Below are positions 50,690 through 64,000 of a stretch of 64,000 bases of DNA, one piece after another (position 1 is the stretch's first letter; every line of letters begins with the position of its first letter). This stretch comes from Rhizodiscina lignyota. Its lineage: Eukaryota. Location of the stretch: assembly GCA_010015805.1 (NCBI GenBank), contig ML978123.1, positions 2,356,001 through 2,420,000 of the forward strand, in the 5' to 3' direction. A program made the position numbers and the translations under genes. The notes beneath the pieces were generated by a model that worked only from the letters and a program-made list of their open reading frames with translations, was not told the origin of the DNA and ran no database searches.

Positions 50690-53483
50690 ATGGATCCCAC
50701 AGATGGAGGAGCAGCTCCACTGCCCCAGGCGAAGAAGAAGCGCGCATACGCAGCCCAGGCATATGACTTTGGCGGCAATGCCGCTCTTACTCCACCTCAA
50801 GGCGGCCCTCCCATGGGGTCGCCAATACCACCCATGGGCCAGCCTATGCAACCAGGCATGCAACCGGGCATGCAACCAGTAATGCAACCCGGTATCCAGC
50901 CTGGCATCCAGCCTAGCATACCCCAGCAGCCGTTGGATCAACAGTTTGGACAGATGAATCTGGGAGGCGCACCGCCAGCGCCCATGCAGCAACAGCAACA
51001 GATGCCGCCACAGCAGACGCCTTTGAACCAGCTGTATCCCTCAGACCTCATCGGCCAACCTTTCCAAGTGCAAGAGCTTGATCTACCACCTCCATCCATC
51101 AATCTCCCTCCGAACACGAGTGTCACGTCCTCTCCGTTTGCCAACTGTCCTCCAAAATACGTCCGTTCTACGCTCAATGCCGTCCCCACCACCCACTCCC
51201 TCCTCAAGAAGTCCCGATTACCGTTCGCGTTGGTCATCCAGCCGTATACATCTCTTCACGATGCTGAAGACCCAGTACCTATCGTACCTGATCAAGTCAT
51301 CTCAAGATGTCGACGATGCCGATCGTACATAAACTCATTCGCAACTTTTCTGGACCACGGTCACAGGTGGAGATGCAATATGTGCAATCTTACAAACGAT
51401 GTCCCTCAGGCGTTCGATTGGGATGCGACGGCACAGAAGAATATCGATCGATGGCAACGGCCAGAGCTGAACTACTCGGTTGTCGAATTTGTGGCGCCAC
51501 AGGAGTATATGGTCAGGCCGCCGCAACCCCTCGTGTACCTCTTCCTCTTTGACGTCAGCTATGCCGCTGTCACAAGCGGGCTGTTGGCAACAAGTGCACG
51601 CTGTATCTTGGAAAGTCTTGATCGGATACCCAATGTTGACAGAAGGACAAAGCTGGGTTTCATGGCAGTTGATTCCGGCTTACACTACTTCTCTATCCCC
51701 CCAGATGAGAGCGAGAATGGCGATCCTAAGATGCTGGTGGTAAGCGACCTGGATGAGCCTTTCCTGCCGACTCCTGAGGACCTGGTCGTCAATCTAAGTC
51801 AGTGCCGGCAAAACATTGAAACTTTCCTGAACAAGCTGCAGGGCATGTTCCAGGATACGCAAAACCCAGCATCTGCCATGGGGTCAGCTATGCGCGCGGG
51901 ACACAAGCTCATATCATCGACGGGCGGAAAGATTACAGTACTTAGTGCTTCATTGCCGAACATTGGTTACGGAAAGCTCGAAGTCAGGGAGGACAAGAAA
52001 CTACTGGGCACTAGCAAGGAAGGCAGTCTCTTACAAACTGCCAACAGCTTCTACAAGAGCTTTGCGGTCGAGTGCTCGAAAGTGCAGGTCTCGATCGACA
52101 TGTTCCTTTTCTCGTCTTCTTACCAGGATGTGGCTACGCTCAGCAACCTACCGAGATACACAGGCGGTCAGACGTACTTCTACCCAGGGTGGAATGCGGC
52201 AAGGACTGAAGACGCGATGAAGTTTGCGCAGGAGTTCAGTGACTACCTTTCTGCCGAAGTTGGGCTTGAAGCGGTGCTGAGAGTGCGTGCAACCACTGGT
52301 CTGCGCATGAACGCATTCTACGGCAACTTCTTCAACCGTAGCTCTGACCTCTGCGCATTCCCGGCTTTCCCAAGAGACCAAGCATATGTCGTTGAAGTCG
52401 CCATCGATGAGACGCTTACGAAGCCGTACGTCTGCATGCAAACGGCCGTGCTCCACACTACCTGCAACGGCGAGAGACGTATCAGAGTTCTAACTCTTGC
52501 TCTACCAACCACCGAGACGCTGGCCAACGTATACGCTTCCGCAGACCAGCTGGCTATTGCCACATTCTTCAGCCACAAGGCTGTCGAGCGAGCACTCGGC
52601 AGCGGCCTCGAGGCCGCACGCGATGCGCTCCAAAGCAAGGTCATCGAGATTCTACAAACATACCGAAAAGAACTTGCAGGAGGCAACATGGGCGGAGGTG
52701 GGCTTCAACTCCCGCACAACCTTCGTGGCCTACCAGTTCTATTCCTCGGTCTAACCAAAAATGTAAGCAACTGATTGTGTCGTTAACCCTCCCCGATTAA
52801 CTGCTAACAATGCTTCCGCCTAGGTCGGCCTCCGCAAATCCGCGCAAATCCCTTCCGACCTCCGTTCTGCTGCCCTCTGCCTCCTCTCCACCCTTCCACT
52901 CCCCCTTCTCATGCAATACATCTACCCACATTTCTACTCTCTGCACGACATGCCAGACTCTGCCGGCACACCCGACCCGGACACCGGCGAGATCGTGCTG
53001 CCGCCGCGCATCAACCTCTCCTCGGAGCGCATTGTCTCGTACGGCCTGTACCTCATCGACGACGGGCAGACGCAGTTCCTCTGGGTGGGCCGCGACGCCG
53101 TGCCTGCGCTTGTACTCGACGTGTTCGGATTCGAGGACAGGACGCAGCTCAAGCAGGGGAAGACGATCATGCCAATCATCGACTCGGACATGAACGCTCG
53201 CGTGCGCGCGGTGATTGAGAAGAGCAAAGATCACAGGAGCAAGGGCGTCGGCAGCATCATCGTGCCGCCGCTCTACATTGTCAGGGAAGACGGCGAGCCG
53301 AGTCTCAAGCTGTGGGCGCAGACGCTGCTCGTGGAGGATCGTGCGGACCAGGGCGTCAGTTTGCAGCAGTGGATGGGTATGCTGAGAGAGAAGGTGAGTG
53401 CATCTGCGGATAGCATGTTCTTGGATAGCATGTGGCCGGATTGAGTATGTGCTGACCGTTTGTGCGTGTAGGTGGTGCAGTAA
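50690..53483 (+). CDS. SEC24: COPII coat subunit Sec24; introns 52763-52823, 53394-53471
   Basis: [14 protein letters not shown], Zn finger [10 protein letters not shown]...[25 protein letters not shown] trunk [22 protein letters not shown], gelsolin-like C-terminus, LVEDR. Confidence 0.97.
50833..50925 (+). repeat. Degenerate 12-bp coding tandem repeat (QPGM/QPGI)n in the Sec24 N-terminus
   Basis: [31 protein letters not shown]; atgcaaccaggc-atgcaaccgggc-atgcaaccagta-atgcaacccggt-atccagcctggc... Confidence 0.8.
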
Positions 53484-54927
53484 TGCTATTCAGAGCGAAG
53501 CGACAATGCGAGCGGCGAGATCAGTACGTTTAGTAATTGATGCTTGGCGGATACCAATTCTGTACGGTGTAGGCAAAGGCGGGACGTTCCACGTTTCAGG
53601 TGGTCAAAATGTCGCCGGGCATATAGGACTGGAACACGGTGGACTTTGATGCTGTGATGTCATAGATGTTGTGAGGTTTTGAAAAAGCAATCCTATTGGA
53701 ATAGCTATATCTGTGTCCTCGTTCACAATGCATGGTGAAAATCATCGAGCTACTGCAATAGAATGCTTATCCTCGTCGATGCGGATTCGTCGTCTCGACT
53801 CGGGCGTTTTGGTAATCACAAAAAACCAACACCACGTGCATGAAGCTCGAAACCCCCAAACCCTTAATATAGACATGCACCGCATTCCAAACATTGCCGC
53901 ATCACGCAGACGTGAAACTGGAATTCTCACAAAGGCGGGCGGGCGTAGGTGCGTGTTGAAAGATATAAATGTATATAATAAGCAAGCATAAGCTACTATC
54001 TGAGGTGAGAAATGTGGAGCGATTGTCGTTCAGGTACCGATTTCGCGTTAACCCTTCCCGGGCACACGCACGCGCGCTGCATTCCAGAAACCCGGCTAGC
54101 AGCCACGCAGAGGAGATCCTCCCCGGGCCAGGGATGAATTTCAAATCCCCTTGCCTTGCAAAAGAGGTGTGGATTGAATCTCAAAAAAACTCCCGCCCAA
54201 AAAGTCGAATCTGCAGAAAGAACCAGGGTTCGCAACCCACAGAAGCAGGTAAGAGAGGAAAATGGGGTATTCCTTGCGCGGTAGTCCATCACTAAATATG
54301 ACCCTGAACGAGAGTCCCTAGATACGCAAAAAAAGCAGCCATTAAAAGATGAATCGAGTCACATGATGAAGAGATAGTTTCGGTGGAGCGAGTGGCCGCA
54401 TATGGTATCGTCAAGTAGAGGAAGAAAACCGCAGTAAAACCGACTCGGAGAACACGCTGATGCAGCACAAACCCAGCCCAACAGCAGAAAAGATTGCAGA
54501 ATCGCACCCGCCCACAACAGACTTGCAGATAATCACAAATGAGACCATGTAGCACTGGCAGTTACTCGTAGATGCGCTAAAGCAGAGAATTACCGCTCCC
54601 CCCGTCTCGAGTTGGGTATCATAATAGAAAGCCCGAATCGATCCGAACCAAAGCCAAATCGTGCCAGATGAAAAAGAAACGAATGATTCGAAGATGGTCA
54701 TGCTCGTTGTCCATCGTCGACCCATTGCTCTCGTCGTTACGTCGTTAAATCTTCGACTCGTCCACAAAGGAAATTGGGTATCATTGGGTATCCAATCTCG
54801 TTCGCTCGTCAGCCGTAGTACATTTCCCCTACCCTAGTTAATAACCATGGAAATGTCGAATAGTAATAGCATTTCCGAATCGAATTGAAGTTCGCACTTC
54901 TCCATGCATGTCGTCGAATGTGCCGTT

Positions 54928-57432
54928 TCAAGCTCTTCCTTCGCCAGTAGCCACAGCAACAAGCGCCTCCAGCCTCCTCATATCTACTGGTCCGCCAGCG
55001 GCAGCCATAGTCACGTCTTCACCGACGCCAGAATCCCTGATCCTGTCCCGCTCTTCACGATCTCTCTTTCTGCTCTCTATCTGAGCACCCTGCAGACTCC
55101 AGTTTGCAATCTCTGGCCTGTATGCTGGTGCTTGTTGATGATGGTGACCAAATTTGGCATGCTCATCAACAGGTACAGGCGCTGGTGCTGGCCTTGCATC
55201 GATATATCCATCGGGTCGAACGACTGCTGGGTTCCATTCGCCCTGGTTTGATGACGAAGGGGTTGGGACACCATCAGAGGAACTGGAGTCTTCCGGAGAA
55301 GTGCGAAGATTGCTGAAAGAAGAATTATGCGCGTGAGACATTTGCGTGTGCAATTGGGGGTGCGGGACTTGTCCTTGGTGAGGCGAAGCCACGTGCTGAT
55401 ACTGAGAAAAGGATGCTTCTTGTGGGTGAGGTTGAGCAGCGATCTGAGTCTGGGGGAGCGGGCCATTGTACCATCCATGACGCTTATTGCGACGCGGGGT
55501 GGTTGGTTGGTCAGAATGGCGGAAGACTGTCTGCGGTGGTGGCTGTGAAACCTGAGCAGCTTGTTGTTGAGGGGCAGTAGGAGGCGCTGCGTGTTGAGGC
55601 TGGAAAGAAGTACTGTACTGAGGATGAGATTGTTGCGTATGTGGTGGTTGTACCGCAACGTTTTCGTGAGTCCTGAGGCTCGGCAACTGAGGAGGGCCTT
55701 GCGTCTGGTGGTGAGGAGGTTGATAGTGACTCCATCGGCCCTGCTGGTGGGGCTGAACATGCTGCTCGTTTCGCGAATCAGGGTTCGCTATTTCCAACTT
55801 TCGAATGCCGCTCTGCAGCACTGCCTCGCTTCCTTGCAGCTGCGGTGGTGCATCGAGTTGCATCGGGCTCGTCACCCTCTTCGGAAGTGCTGGAACTGGT
55901 GGTGCATGGTCAAAGCTCTCAATTCCTGGAAGCCGGAGAGTCTTCTGTGGTGTTTGAGCCGGACTCGGCGAATCTGGCGTCTGGTAGTAGCTCAGACCGC
56001 TAGTTGCTGGTCTCTGTTGGCCAAGTCCGGTGTAGGTGCTCGGATGCCACGTACGGCGTCGCCATTCTGCTTCAGCAGTTGAGTCGCGACGGTCGCCTAT
56101 GCCAGAAAATACAGAGGAAGTTGGAGAAGCAAAGACGCTACTGTTGTTCGACGGGAACTGAGAACCAGATGCGGAAGGAAGAGGAGTGATGAAGGCAGCC
56201 TGTCCGTACCCATTTGCACCTGGAGGTGCCTGGAATGGGTTGGCGGCAGACGATGGAACAGACAGACGCCTTGCATGCGTTTTCGGGGTACCACCGTATG
56301 CAAGGGTTCTATTGGTCGTTACAACAGGGCTTTGTAGTCCCGACGGGAATCGAGGGCTTCCGTTGGTGGAAGAGTAAGTCGCCGAAGGCGGAGTGCTGTA
56401 TCCAGTAGTTGGTGAGCGTGGCTGGTTGTTGTAGATGACCGGGCCGGGAGAGCCTCCGAGCATTTGTGGGTTGAACGTGTCGACGCTCAGACGCGACCTT
56501 GCGGCACCCTCACTTCCTGCAGCCATGGCGAGCGGCGCTGGCCGTCTTCTGAAATCATCCTGCTGCTGACTCATCTGACTCATGGTAGAAACGGTTGAAG
56601 CAGTGGAGGCGATGCTGGAAGTGGAGAGATTACGGCTGTGTCCCCGACTGTGAGAACCAGAACTACCCAATGTGGACGCTCTAGACCGGTTGTTCGGAGC
56701 TCGCACCCGGTCAGTTCTAATTTGGCGCTGAAACCTCGTGCCTGTGGCGGCAAGCGAGTCTCCAGGGATGTCCTCGTTGACGTGGACAGTCTGAGCGTGC
56801 TGTCGCAAGTTGTCCAATCGTGAGAATCGCCTCGAGCAATGGCATTGGAAAGGCCGCTCGCCAGTATGTTTCCTGCAAGAGTTAGCATTAAAGTAATAAA
56901 TGATAGGAAGTTATGGCGAGTACCTGATATGCCTCGCTAAATGTTCGCTCCTGGTAAAGCTTAGCTGGCACGGCGGGAAATCGGTGCAGAAGAAGCGCTG
57001 GCCCTTCTTCTTCTTTGCTGGACGAGTGGAGTCGCTATTGACGCTCTCATTGTCCGAGGCAGCATTGTGTGCGTCCTCGTCGTCCTCCATGTCGATGTCT
57101 TGAGAGTCGAGCGACTTTGTAGAGCGGTGTGAACTCTCTCTGCTGACGCCTCGACGACTCGGCGCGGAGGTGGGCTGTTCTACCTTGGTCTCTTGCGACG
57201 GCGGTGTGTACGGCGCGGAAGGGAGAGGACGTTGCCCCGCTAAGCCGTTGAAGCTGTCGCGGGTGGGCGTTTTCGCAGACGGGTCATCTGCTTGTCGAGA
57301 GTCGTCCTGCGATTGCTCTGGTTGGAAGAAGCGGTGCGGTCGGGGCGTCGTCGGCGTGGTCTCGTCGCCCAGTTTGCCCGGTGCGGCGTCCTGCACCGTC
57401 AAGGTGGTGTTCACGGCGCGAAAGCCAGACAT
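54928..57432 (-). CDS. nsdC: C2H2 zinc-finger developmental regulator NsdC (Usv1/Nsf1-like); intron 56873-56923
   Basis: [92 protein letters not shown]-terminal [12 protein letters not shown]. Confidence 0.88.
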
Positions 57433-60400
57433 TGTGGCGCGGGTGGAGAGAAGGGAGTCGCAAGCCGCGACTAAGCGGGCGGTGACCGAGTGGTGAGAAT
57501 GTGCACAGGCGGTGCTGCGACGACGACGATGGATATTGTCGATAGTTAGAAGCCGCTCACGGCCACGCAACAGTTGGAGAGGGGTTTGGAGGTGGAAATG
57601 CAGAGGGAGCCGGCGATGTGAGGATGATGGGTCGAGGCTGAAACGCGGAAAGATGTATTCGTAAGTCGGTGTCAAGGTGCGGGACCAGGTGGACTCGACA
57701 TGGAGCGCGCCCCGCAGTGCCTGGGAGGGCTTGCTGCTGCTTTCGTAACGCGCGCCGCTCTCTCAGCCGGCGATATGGCACGGCGCTGCTCGTCGAGAGA
57801 GAGTGAGAGTCGTCCGCGGCGTGAGGCTGCGGTACAGACGAGGGATGCAATGATGCAGAAGACGCAGTGATTGACGGCGTTTGCAACGGGCACTGGCGCC
57901 GATAAGAGGTGTGAATGGCGGTCCCGCCACTCTCGCCGATCGCTTGCTCTGAGGTGATGGGCGTGCTTGGTGCCTCGCAGGGTACAGTAGATGCGCACTA
58001 GGGCTCGGACACGCCCTGCCTGTGCGCCGCGTGAAGAGTCGAAGGGCCGTTGGAGGCTGGTCTAGTCGCTCTCCACCCGATTTCTCGACGGCTCACAGTG
58101 TGGGGAAGCGCTGCTACTTCTGCTCTCTCGAGCGAATGCCCCGGCGGCGTGTGTCTTACCAACGGGCATGCGAGGTCAGGATGTGCCTTGGACCCCAACG
58201 CACGATACACGATGTTTCGCACCGCGGTACCTGAGTCTGAAGCGCAGCAAGCAAGTAATTCTGCGTCTGCGCGCGCGTACACTCTGCTCCGTGCCTAACA
58301 GAGGTGAGGGCTGGCCATGCGGTGCCTAGTGGAGCGCAATGGTTCACTACGCTCCACTACCACACTCACTATCCCAAGAGCGGTGGCTGAGCTTCAGACA
58401 CCTCTGCCTCCGCCTGTGTCCCGCCTTTTCCTCAATCCGGCGTGCATTGCCAGCTCCAGCAAGGCTGCGAACTCGCTGAGACACGGACACGACGCTCGGC
58501 CTCCTCTGGATGTCATCACAGCTCAACTTTGACTTTCTCTTTGTCACTTCGCCTCGTTATACAAATCATATATTAAAACGCGGCCCTAGCCTGCCTCATC
58601 ATGCTCTGCGATATTGCTTGTTACCACATGTTCCTTGCTTCTCTGCCCTGGGCACGAGCACGATTACTCCGCTGCTCTGGTATCCTCACACAGCTGTTTC
58701 ACATGCCAAGTGCAGAATAGGCGTGCTCCATCGCTTCCTGCGGGAGTTGGACGTCTTCCACTCGGCTCACGGTGTCTCTGGCGGCCAGCGCTTATGCTTC
58801 TAAACGTAGTTCTTATCCGGCTAATCAAGGAGCACCTGGTACCTGACCGGAATCTGAGCAGGCGTCTTATTTCAGGTACATATTATTCAGTTGACGTGCC
58901 TAGATCCAGATGGATGACACGGCGTCCTCTCCAACCTCTCTTTTGTCGGACTCGACTCGAACCGTCCCCAGTAATACGGATCTGTCGTTAGGTAGGCACG
59001 ACTAGTCTCCACAATGCAAGGCTTCTCCAAAAGCTCCGTCGGCGCGGCAGTGATTGGCCCAATTCACCGCCTCTGCCCGCCCACGGCACAGCGCAGAAAA
59101 GAAACGCTCAACTCTTCTGCAAGAAATCCTCCAGTAAGGATAGTCCCGGTACCCCTTGCAGCAGCAACAACACACCCCACCGTTCGCTCGCCCAGGACGC
59201 CATCCCATTTGGCGACGCTGGATGTAAGAATCCTGACACGCTGCTCGCTCTCCTCAGCCATCGAGTGACGGATGACTTCCCATCGTATGAGCGCTCCGCC
59301 GGGTGTCTGTGCGCTGCAGCGACTCTTAGCCCCGATGCAAGCTGCAGCGCTGGCTGGTCGGAGTGTACCTGTAACCTCCTTGTGCCTGCCTTAGCGACTG
59401 TCACCGGTGCGTGCTCGTGACCATCTTCATGTCCGTCTGGCCCGGCTCCTGCGCGACTTCGCCCGTAGTCGTAGTCGTACTCGTCGCGTTTCCTATTTGA
59501 AGCATGCCCACATCTCCCCCTTCCGACGGCCCGACAACCTGATCGCCTCGCTTTGGCCATTCGCCGTTGATGTGGAGCCGATATCGATACGTACCCGTTT
59601 CGCTGTCGATTATGCCGGGATGCGCCCTCGTGCAATTTAGGCGCGAAGCCGACGTGCCTCAGGGGTACGAAGGGACCTCGCGGGGCTCGAAAAGTATCCA
59701 AGTACTTCGCACACGCCAATTTACTCCATTCCATCCAATGAAGGATGCTTCCTGCCATTCTCAGCTATAAGACCCGGTCTTGGAGGATGAGACCCTTACT
59801 TCTATTAGGGCCCGGTTTATACAGTCGCAAATCCTGATCCTCGTGTGATCCCGTACTCTTCCTCTGCCACCTCGCTGATACCGACATCTTGGTACCTTCC
59901 CTTACGGCGGCCTGTAGAGGTATATTAAATCAGGAACGTTGAAGTGCCGTCCAAGCCCCACAGCTGCGGTTCCATGTATCCAGCAACGTTCCCACTAAAA
60001 TGCGTGACATCTCGTATATCAACAAATTTGATACCAATCGCCAGTGTCGAAGGCGTGATAGTACAGTAGGCCCCTTATATTGTACTAATGACAACAGAGA
60101 CCATGTTTCGGGACTAGTCAACTAAGGATAAGTTAGCATGTTAGTCCTCAAATGTTGGCCGGAGCTTCTCCATGTACGCAACACTTCCATGATATCTACG
60201 AGCAGTAAGGCATACATGGCTATTGCCGACATGCTGTTGTCATAAACAGTCCAGAGGAGGTGGAACGAAGGCTTCAGAGATAGTCTCACTTACGTGAAGT
60301 GCAAGTGCTGCTCTCCATTGGGCACTACAATGCCCGACAGCCAACTAGTAGACCTCGAGAATGTACCACTCTTTGCCTCATTACTGAAGAAATTTGCGTT

Positions 60401-60572
60401 TAGATACTATTTTCAAGTTCATCAAGTTTATCACTTTGAGGTGGCGCCTGCTTCACACAAAGTCTTGGCAAAACTGTAAACAGCACGCTCGGAGTTCCAC
60501 GCAATAAATTGATTTTCAACGTTCCACTCTGATTTAACTTCTTTCACTCAACTCACGAAACATGCACGCATC

Positions 60573-62020
60573 ATGAGCGGCACTTTGGATTTAACCGCGT
60601 ACGTCCATTTACATGCTATCATACGATTTCGCTTACCTGGACTTATTAGGCTGTTTGAATCTGGCGATTTTGCAGATCTCACGATTCGCTGCAAAGATTG
60701 GACCTGGCTTGTGCATAAAGGAATCCTTTGCGCGCAATCGGAATGGTTTCTCAAGGCGTGTACCGCCGGATTCAAGGCATGCAAATCAGTCTCTGACAAA
60801 CAAAACTTCCACGATACATAATGATCTAGGAGACTCACTCGGGCGAGATTGATCTCAGCGACAATGAGCCACTTGCTGTCGACGCGATGCTGCGCTTCTT
60901 CTACAAGGGCGCCTACAATACCCCTAAATCCCGTCGCAAAGGATTGGAAGTCGGAACGGTTACCTTCCATGCGGCTGTGTTTATCTTGGCGGACAAATAT
61001 CAACTGGACAAGCTGGCCGAGTGCTCGTACAAGCATCTCTCCGATATACTCGATGCAAGGGCTTTCCTGATGCCGCGACTGCTTCGGGATATTCCGGCCC
61101 TATTCGACATGTTGCCGCCTGATGACCCTCCGGGACGCATAAGAGAGGCGCGCAAGCCAGTGGGTGGTTCTGCTCCTTCAGAGGGCACCTGCGGATACTA
61201 TCTTCGGAGTACAATTGTTTACGTCGTTACCAGAGACTACGTTGCATGCAACAGCTATCCGGCCTTTGCACCTCGGGCAGAGCTGCACGCCGCAGCTATG
61301 AAAGGCCTTCAAGAAGCAATCCAATCCTGTGCGGAATTCGGGGCCGCCTTCGCTCGCGCATTCTATGATCAGCTGGCATCGGATAACAGTACGGATTCCT
61401 CAGTGGAGAAGCTGCCTGCTAAATGCCTCATCTGTGGAGATCAGGTGCTACTGGACCCGCAGGATGAGGTTGCCAAACTGCATAAAAACGTCTGTCGCGC
61501 CTGCATCCAAGGCCATGCTCATGACGATTGGGCACATGCGACCTTGAAAGCAGAGGAACCCGAACCAGGAACGAACGGAGACAAGGAGGGAAATATTCCT
61601 GGCGCCGATGCCCAAGTCCATACGGTGGTGACCGAGGAAATGGCGGGCGTTGCGGCTAATCCGAGCGCTGGTCCAATTCCATTCTTCTTCTATGATAGTC
61701 AGAAAAGGTCTTCTGAATGGGTGAACACGTTCATGAAGGTAGATGATAACATCTCAATTGCTCGGAGGTAGAATGCTAACGTGTCTTTGTAGAGCCTTGT
61801 GGACAAACACAAGAAGTCGAAGAAAGCAATGAAGCTATCAACTCTCATCCGAGACACTTGTCGAGTGACCAAGACCAAAAAGCATCCCCAGACCAACCCG
61901 CTGAGAGTCAAGATTCTAATTGCTGATTTGGTACGGCGCGGTGGTCTCCAGGCTCTGAAAGGCGATACCTATAAGTGTTCCCCCAAATTACTGAGTGCCA
62001 CTGGCGAAGATAAGGAGTAA
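60573..62020 (+). CDS. BTB/POZ-domain protein; introns 60599-60649, 60777-60829 (GC donor), 61739-61792
   Basis: LFESGDFADLTIRC..WLVHKGILCAQSEWFLKACTAGFK|ETHSGEIDLSDNEPLAVDAMLRFFY...VFILADKYQLDKLA; later CxxC...CxxC. Confidence 0.82.
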
Positions 62021-62872
62021 AAGGTCGCGTTGTGACAGAACCGAATTCACTCAAATTCAGATGTGTATGTAATTTTAGTCTACTTCGGGCTGAAAGACGT
62101 GGAATGGATTGTCGAGCTCTTCGGTCGTCAAACCTCAATGCTATACAAAGACTTAACGTTCGTGCCCCTATGCCTCGCGCCCGTAGTACTGAAGGAGCAA
62201 ACAACTCGCTGTTGAGACAGACATGAGAAATTCACTTTATTTTGGGTCAACGGGAAAGCTTAGGATGCAGTGCATTTTCATGCTCTTGATTCGTTCCGCT
62301 TAGATATACCTCGGAGTTTGAGGATGACAGGCTTATCAGAAGATGAAAGGACGCCTTGGGGTCACGCCGCTAAAAGCCAAGTACATATTGATGCTTAGAT
62401 AGCCAGTAAGTATCTCGAAGTTCTGAAAGACGATATGTTAGTGTATATTTCTTAAGCACAATTAGTGAAGTATTGGAATTAAAGGCTGCGATTTGAGACA
62501 AAATTAAGTGGATTAGTCTAGCAGTCTATCAGATTGCTTTAATATACAACTTCGCTGCGATGACTTGTGACCCCATTTCTTCGAGCCCCGGAGGATGTCG
62601 AGTACGCAAGCGGTGACAAAAGAGTTGGCCGCAGCTTTCAAGATACTAAGCAGCATCGGTGTTCTGCCTCTACGGATAAAGTAATAGACACGTTTTCAAA
62701 TGGCTTGCTGTAATCTAATGCACTCCAGAGGCTACACAACTGAACTTTCAGAGATAGTCTCGATTACTGTGAGCTGGAAGAGCTATTAGCCACTGACTGT
62801 AACACCCCCTGCTCGCTGCCAACTGAATTGTCACCCCGAGTGCCTCCATATCGTTCGACCATTGAGTCGAGG

Positions 62873-64000
62873 CTAGCCTTCGTATGAGCTTTCATCAATC
62901 TCATCGTCGGACTCCTCTTCAGGAGCACCCTCTACCCCTTGGAGGTGTTCGGGGATTCCGACAGACGGGACGCTCCCAGGTTTCTTCTACCAAGAGCATT
63001 CGTCATGAATGCTGAGCAGATCCTCGAGCATCTCGTCATACAAGTTGCTATCGTAATTATGCTTTGCATGATTCGAGATCTGCAACTTGAACAGGATGTT
63101 ATTAAGGCTCTCGTCGTGATCGACGAGTGAGGTGGGAAAACTTGTCGTCTACCTAGTCCTCATCTGCATACTATGAACGAGATGCGTAATAACGAAGCAT
63201 AGACGATGTCTAGCATATATAGTCATCTCCAGCCAGAGAAGGGCATCCTTGCCCTTACATTGGACATACTGGACAACACATTCTAAGAATATGGTCTCCA
63301 CGGTGTCGAGGGTCTCCCAGTACTTGTTGCACCACCCGCTCATACGAGCGAGGCGCTCTGAAAACACTTTTCAAAGCTTGTACCAGTTCCAATTTGAGCG
63401 CTTAGACTTCTGATGGACAGAAAACGAGCGGACGCCAAGCAGTCTGGTTGAGAGGCTGTCCTATTCAACTGAACGGCTGTAGTAAAAACAAGTTTTATTC
63501 TTTAGCACGAGCGGGAGCGTCTCTGAGCGCTCGATTAGATATATTCTAGGGCTTATTCATCTAAAACGCGCAGCTTTAGTATATATAATCTATATTAACT
63601 GCTAAGGATATGCATCCCTGTAGTTCGATACATTGCAGCTATAACTTAACTATTTTATTACCCACTTGGTAGAGTCGCCGGCGAAGTCGTATCTCTTAAT
63701 GTAGAATAATGGCCGTACTCCTCGTCTAGGACGATTTATAAGAACGGTGTGCTATTCGCATACGTTTAGCTTTAATTGGTCAAAGCCGGGGAGAATTTGC
63801 TCACCGGAGTATGATGTCTCTCCTCTTGCCTTCGAGAGGTAATTCACACTGCGCTAGGTAGTGCCAATTTCAGCAGAGTTGCTAGATCTGTATCGATCCG
63901 ATCCTGCAAATATCGTAAGGCTTGTATCCCTGCATATTACTTTGAGGATGACAAAATAGCAGGCCGCCTGGCACTTTGTAACGTTTAGGAGCAAGCAGCC
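62873..64000 (-). pseudogene. Degraded reading frame with repeated TAG/TGA stops in a TpA-rich segment (RIP-like relic, identity unknown)
   Basis: One minus frame reads as protein through stops at 63461-63463 (TAG), 63371-63373 (TGA), 63149-63151 (TAG) and 62987-62989 (TAG). Flanks such as tttagtatatataatctatattaact. Confidence 0.5.

Noticed and set aside
57433..57675. TTG-started in-frame extension of NsdC
   Set aside because: The sequence does not look protein-like and contains a probable leader intron; far weaker than the StuA case.
1..64000. CRISPR arrays, tRNA/rRNA genes, intact transposons, secondary-metabolite cluster, TGA-CTA readthrough or PTS1 signals
   Set aside because: None seen: no repeat-spacer arrays, cloverleafs, transposase/RT, PKS/NRPS motifs, or readthrough contexts at the stops inspected.

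Overview
Gene-dense, intron-containing fungal genomic DNA from a filamentous ascomycete (Pezizomycotina; Dothideomycete-like by inference), with short GT-AG introns and CTRAY branch sites. About 19 genes are supported: ATG7 (5'-truncated), a DDHD phospholipase A1, the APSES regulator StuA behind a ~7.5 kb gene-poor upstream region, a BIRC6/UBE2Z-like E2 gene with two in-frame stops, a 2H phosphoesterase, a DNMT5-type C5-methyltransferase/SNF2/RING fusion, an MFS monocarboxylate transporter, Mlo2/UBR7 head-to-head with MCM2, BolA2 (missing from the ORF track), an FKBP-STIMATE/YPL162C fusion, a multi-pass membrane protein, an SMP-30/lactonase, an HSL-family esterase, PEX7 head-to-head with a CUE-AlkB-GRF gene, SEC24, the C2H2 factor NsdC and a BTB protein. 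A RIP-like degraded reading frame sits at the right end. The most striking signal is at stuA: its reading frame stays open for 129 codons upstream of the first AUG, inside a 1.1 kb AUG-free leader, with a CUG in optimal context at 12757. This points to a non-AUG-initiated long StuA isoform. A similar UUG-initiated, presequence-like extension precedes the DDHD lipase. MCB-like elements cluster upstream of DNMT5 and MCM2/Mlo2, with one exact site before the AlkB gene. All exon structures were read by eye and no database search was run.
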